Positions 13,903 through 15,112 of a DNA stretch of 15,112 bases are shown one piece after another. The notes beneath the pieces are model-generated. The model was not told where the DNA came from. It was given only the letters and a program-made list of their open reading frames with translations, and searched no databases. This DNA is from an archaeon (GTDB lineage: Archaea > Iainarchaeota > Iainarchaeia > Iainarchaeales > 1-14-0-10-31-34). Where the stretch lies: contig JBDRIL010000062.1 of NCBI GenBank assembly GCA_043815885.1, positions 1 to 15,112 on the forward strand, in the 5' to 3' direction. Each line of letters opens with the position of its first letter. The stretch's first letter is position 1. Position numbers and translations under genes: made by a program.

Positions 13903-14880
13903 ATGAAAAAGATTGTATTGTTTTCAGGGATTTTTATCCTGCTTTTATTCAGTGGATGTATTTTTCCAAGCAAGCCAAACCTGGAAATAACTTCTCTTGA
14001 ACCAACTTCCTCCAGTACAATGGATTTATTTATTACCTCTAATCAGCAGATGCCAAAAGCAAGGATTGAATTAAGCGATAATAAAGGAAGTGTTTTCTGT
14101 GCAGAGTACTGGGATATAGATGAAGGGATAAACAGAATTGAATTAAGCTGTTCTCCAAGAAAAAACGTTACAGTTACACTGAAGAACATTCCAACCGAAG
14201 CTCCAGTCCAAAAGTCTTTTATTCTTCCGGTTATTTCAGAATTTGATTTACGAGAAGAGGCAATTGAGTTGGCTGAAACAACCATTGAAGCAGAATTAAT
14301 GGAACTAATGAATGAAAGCCTGAAAAGGATTGATGACTGCACTACCCAGGAGTATATAGATTCATTAGATCAAGTATCTGTCGAAATGGGAACCACTTAT
14401 TCCCCGCCTCCGCCAGAAATGCTGCCCCAGATAGATGAAGCAGTTGAAACAGCAAAGGAATGCAAGCCGGTAATGGAAAAAGAAGCAGAAAAAATAGGGG
14501 AAAACCTTTACAAGGTAAGTTATGTAATGAAAGTGACTCCTTCCTGCAGTCTCCCAAAATCCGTGTCTACCAGTGACTATAATCCTGACAGCATGATTGA
14601 AATGGAGGTAGACCTAAAATACAATACAGTTGAAGTAACAAAGGGAGGAATGAAGGAACCTGATGAACAACAAATCCAGCAATGGAAAAGAATGATGAAA
14701 GGATTAGGCAATTGTGCTGCACTGTTTTTCGTTACTTCAAGAATTAATACCCCCACAACTCCTTCTATTGAAGAAGTTCCCGGAGGCGGGGGAGAAGCAC
14801 AGACTGTAAAGATTTACAGGCAAGGGGAAGAACCTATAGATGTAAATGTAGTAAGAATAGATGAAAACTTTCCCGCCTAA
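13903..14880 (+). CDS. Secreted/lipoprotein-like acidic hypothetical protein
   Basis: MKK + hydrophobic stretch + FSGC lipobox-like motif; six further Cys; Pro/Thr- and Gly-rich linkers. Confidence 0.75.
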   Translation: MKKIVLFSGIFILLLFSGCIFPSKPNLEITSLEPTSSSTMDLFITSNQQMPKARIELSDNKGSVFCAEYWDIDEGINRIELSCSPRKNVTVTLKNIPTEAPVQKSFILPVISEFDLREEAIELAETTIEAELMELMNESLKRIDDCTTQEYIDSLDQVSVEMGTTYSPPPPEMLPQIDEAVETAKECKPVMEKEAEKIGENLYKVSYVMKVTPSCSLPKSVSTSDYNPDSMIEMEVDLKYNTVEVTKGGMKEPDEQQIQQWKRMMKGLGNCAALFFVTSRINTPTTPSIEEVPGGGGEAQTVKIYRQGEEPIDVNVVRIDENFPA

Positions 14881-15112
14881 TTACTGATTGATTCAATTAT
14901 TTCTTTCTTTAATCCAGGAAACTGCTTCAGCCATTCAATTCTCTCTCTTCTAAGCTTTTCATTTCTCTCTTTCAATTCCTTTTCCTCAATTACTTTCCCT
15001 GAAGGATTATTCGGGGAATTCAACAGCAATATTTTTGTATTCTCACTCAATGCTTCCTCAATCAATTCACTCTTAATCTTTAATTCTTCATCTGTTTCAA
15101 CAAATACCGGTT
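14877..15112 (-). pseudogene. Class I/II PLP-dependent aminotransferase fragment, C-terminally truncated/chimeric (5' end outside window)
   Basis: Frame open from the window end: PVFVETDEELKIKSELIEEALSENTKILLLNSPNNPSGKVIEEKELKE, then 29 unrelated residues and a stop. No SDExY or PLP-lysine motif follows. Confidence 0.7.

Noticed and set aside
282..14557. Numerous short ORF-track entries nested in or antisense to long genes (e.g. 282-485, 708-980, 3824-4042, 5110-5352, 5788-6156, 8592-8816, 11625-11921, 12967-13266, 13713-13973, 14043-14342)
   Set aside because: They lie largely within well-supported CDSs, many have the Ser/Phe/Ile-rich composition of antisense frames, and none shows a motif.

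Overview
AT-rich, very compact archaeal chromosomal segment. The evidence is a tRNA intron with a bulge-helix-bulge-type motif, tRNAs without encoded CCA, TATA-type promoters and apparently leaderless genes; a DPANN-like lineage is inferred, not proven. Recognisable genes: a 5'-partial HerA/DUF87-type ATPase, carbamate kinase, two divergent winged-helix-like proteins, a large GT-C/AglB-like membrane protein, a DUF362 Fe-S protein, a DUF318/ArsP-like permease, a DUF47 + PiT phosphate transport pair, an RdgB/HAM1 pyrophosphatase, a lipoprotein-like protein, a truncated class I/II aminotransferase, tRNA-Val(CAC) and intron-containing tRNA-Leu(TAG). The most unusual elements are four. (1) A 133-nt array of seven back-to-back hairpins fills the space between the predicted promoter and the 5' end of tRNA-Val: three covarying copies of one motif plus four GNA-triloop hairpins. 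(2) An unannotated 16-aa micropeptide, MPCGCGTTKKKKKKKK, has a perfect Shine-Dalgarno site and lies in a putative metal/metalloid cluster. (3) Single palindromic TTTAAA boxes recur near the centre of divergent gene pairs. (4) The aminotransferase 3' end is chimeric. No CRISPR array, transposase or integrase was seen.
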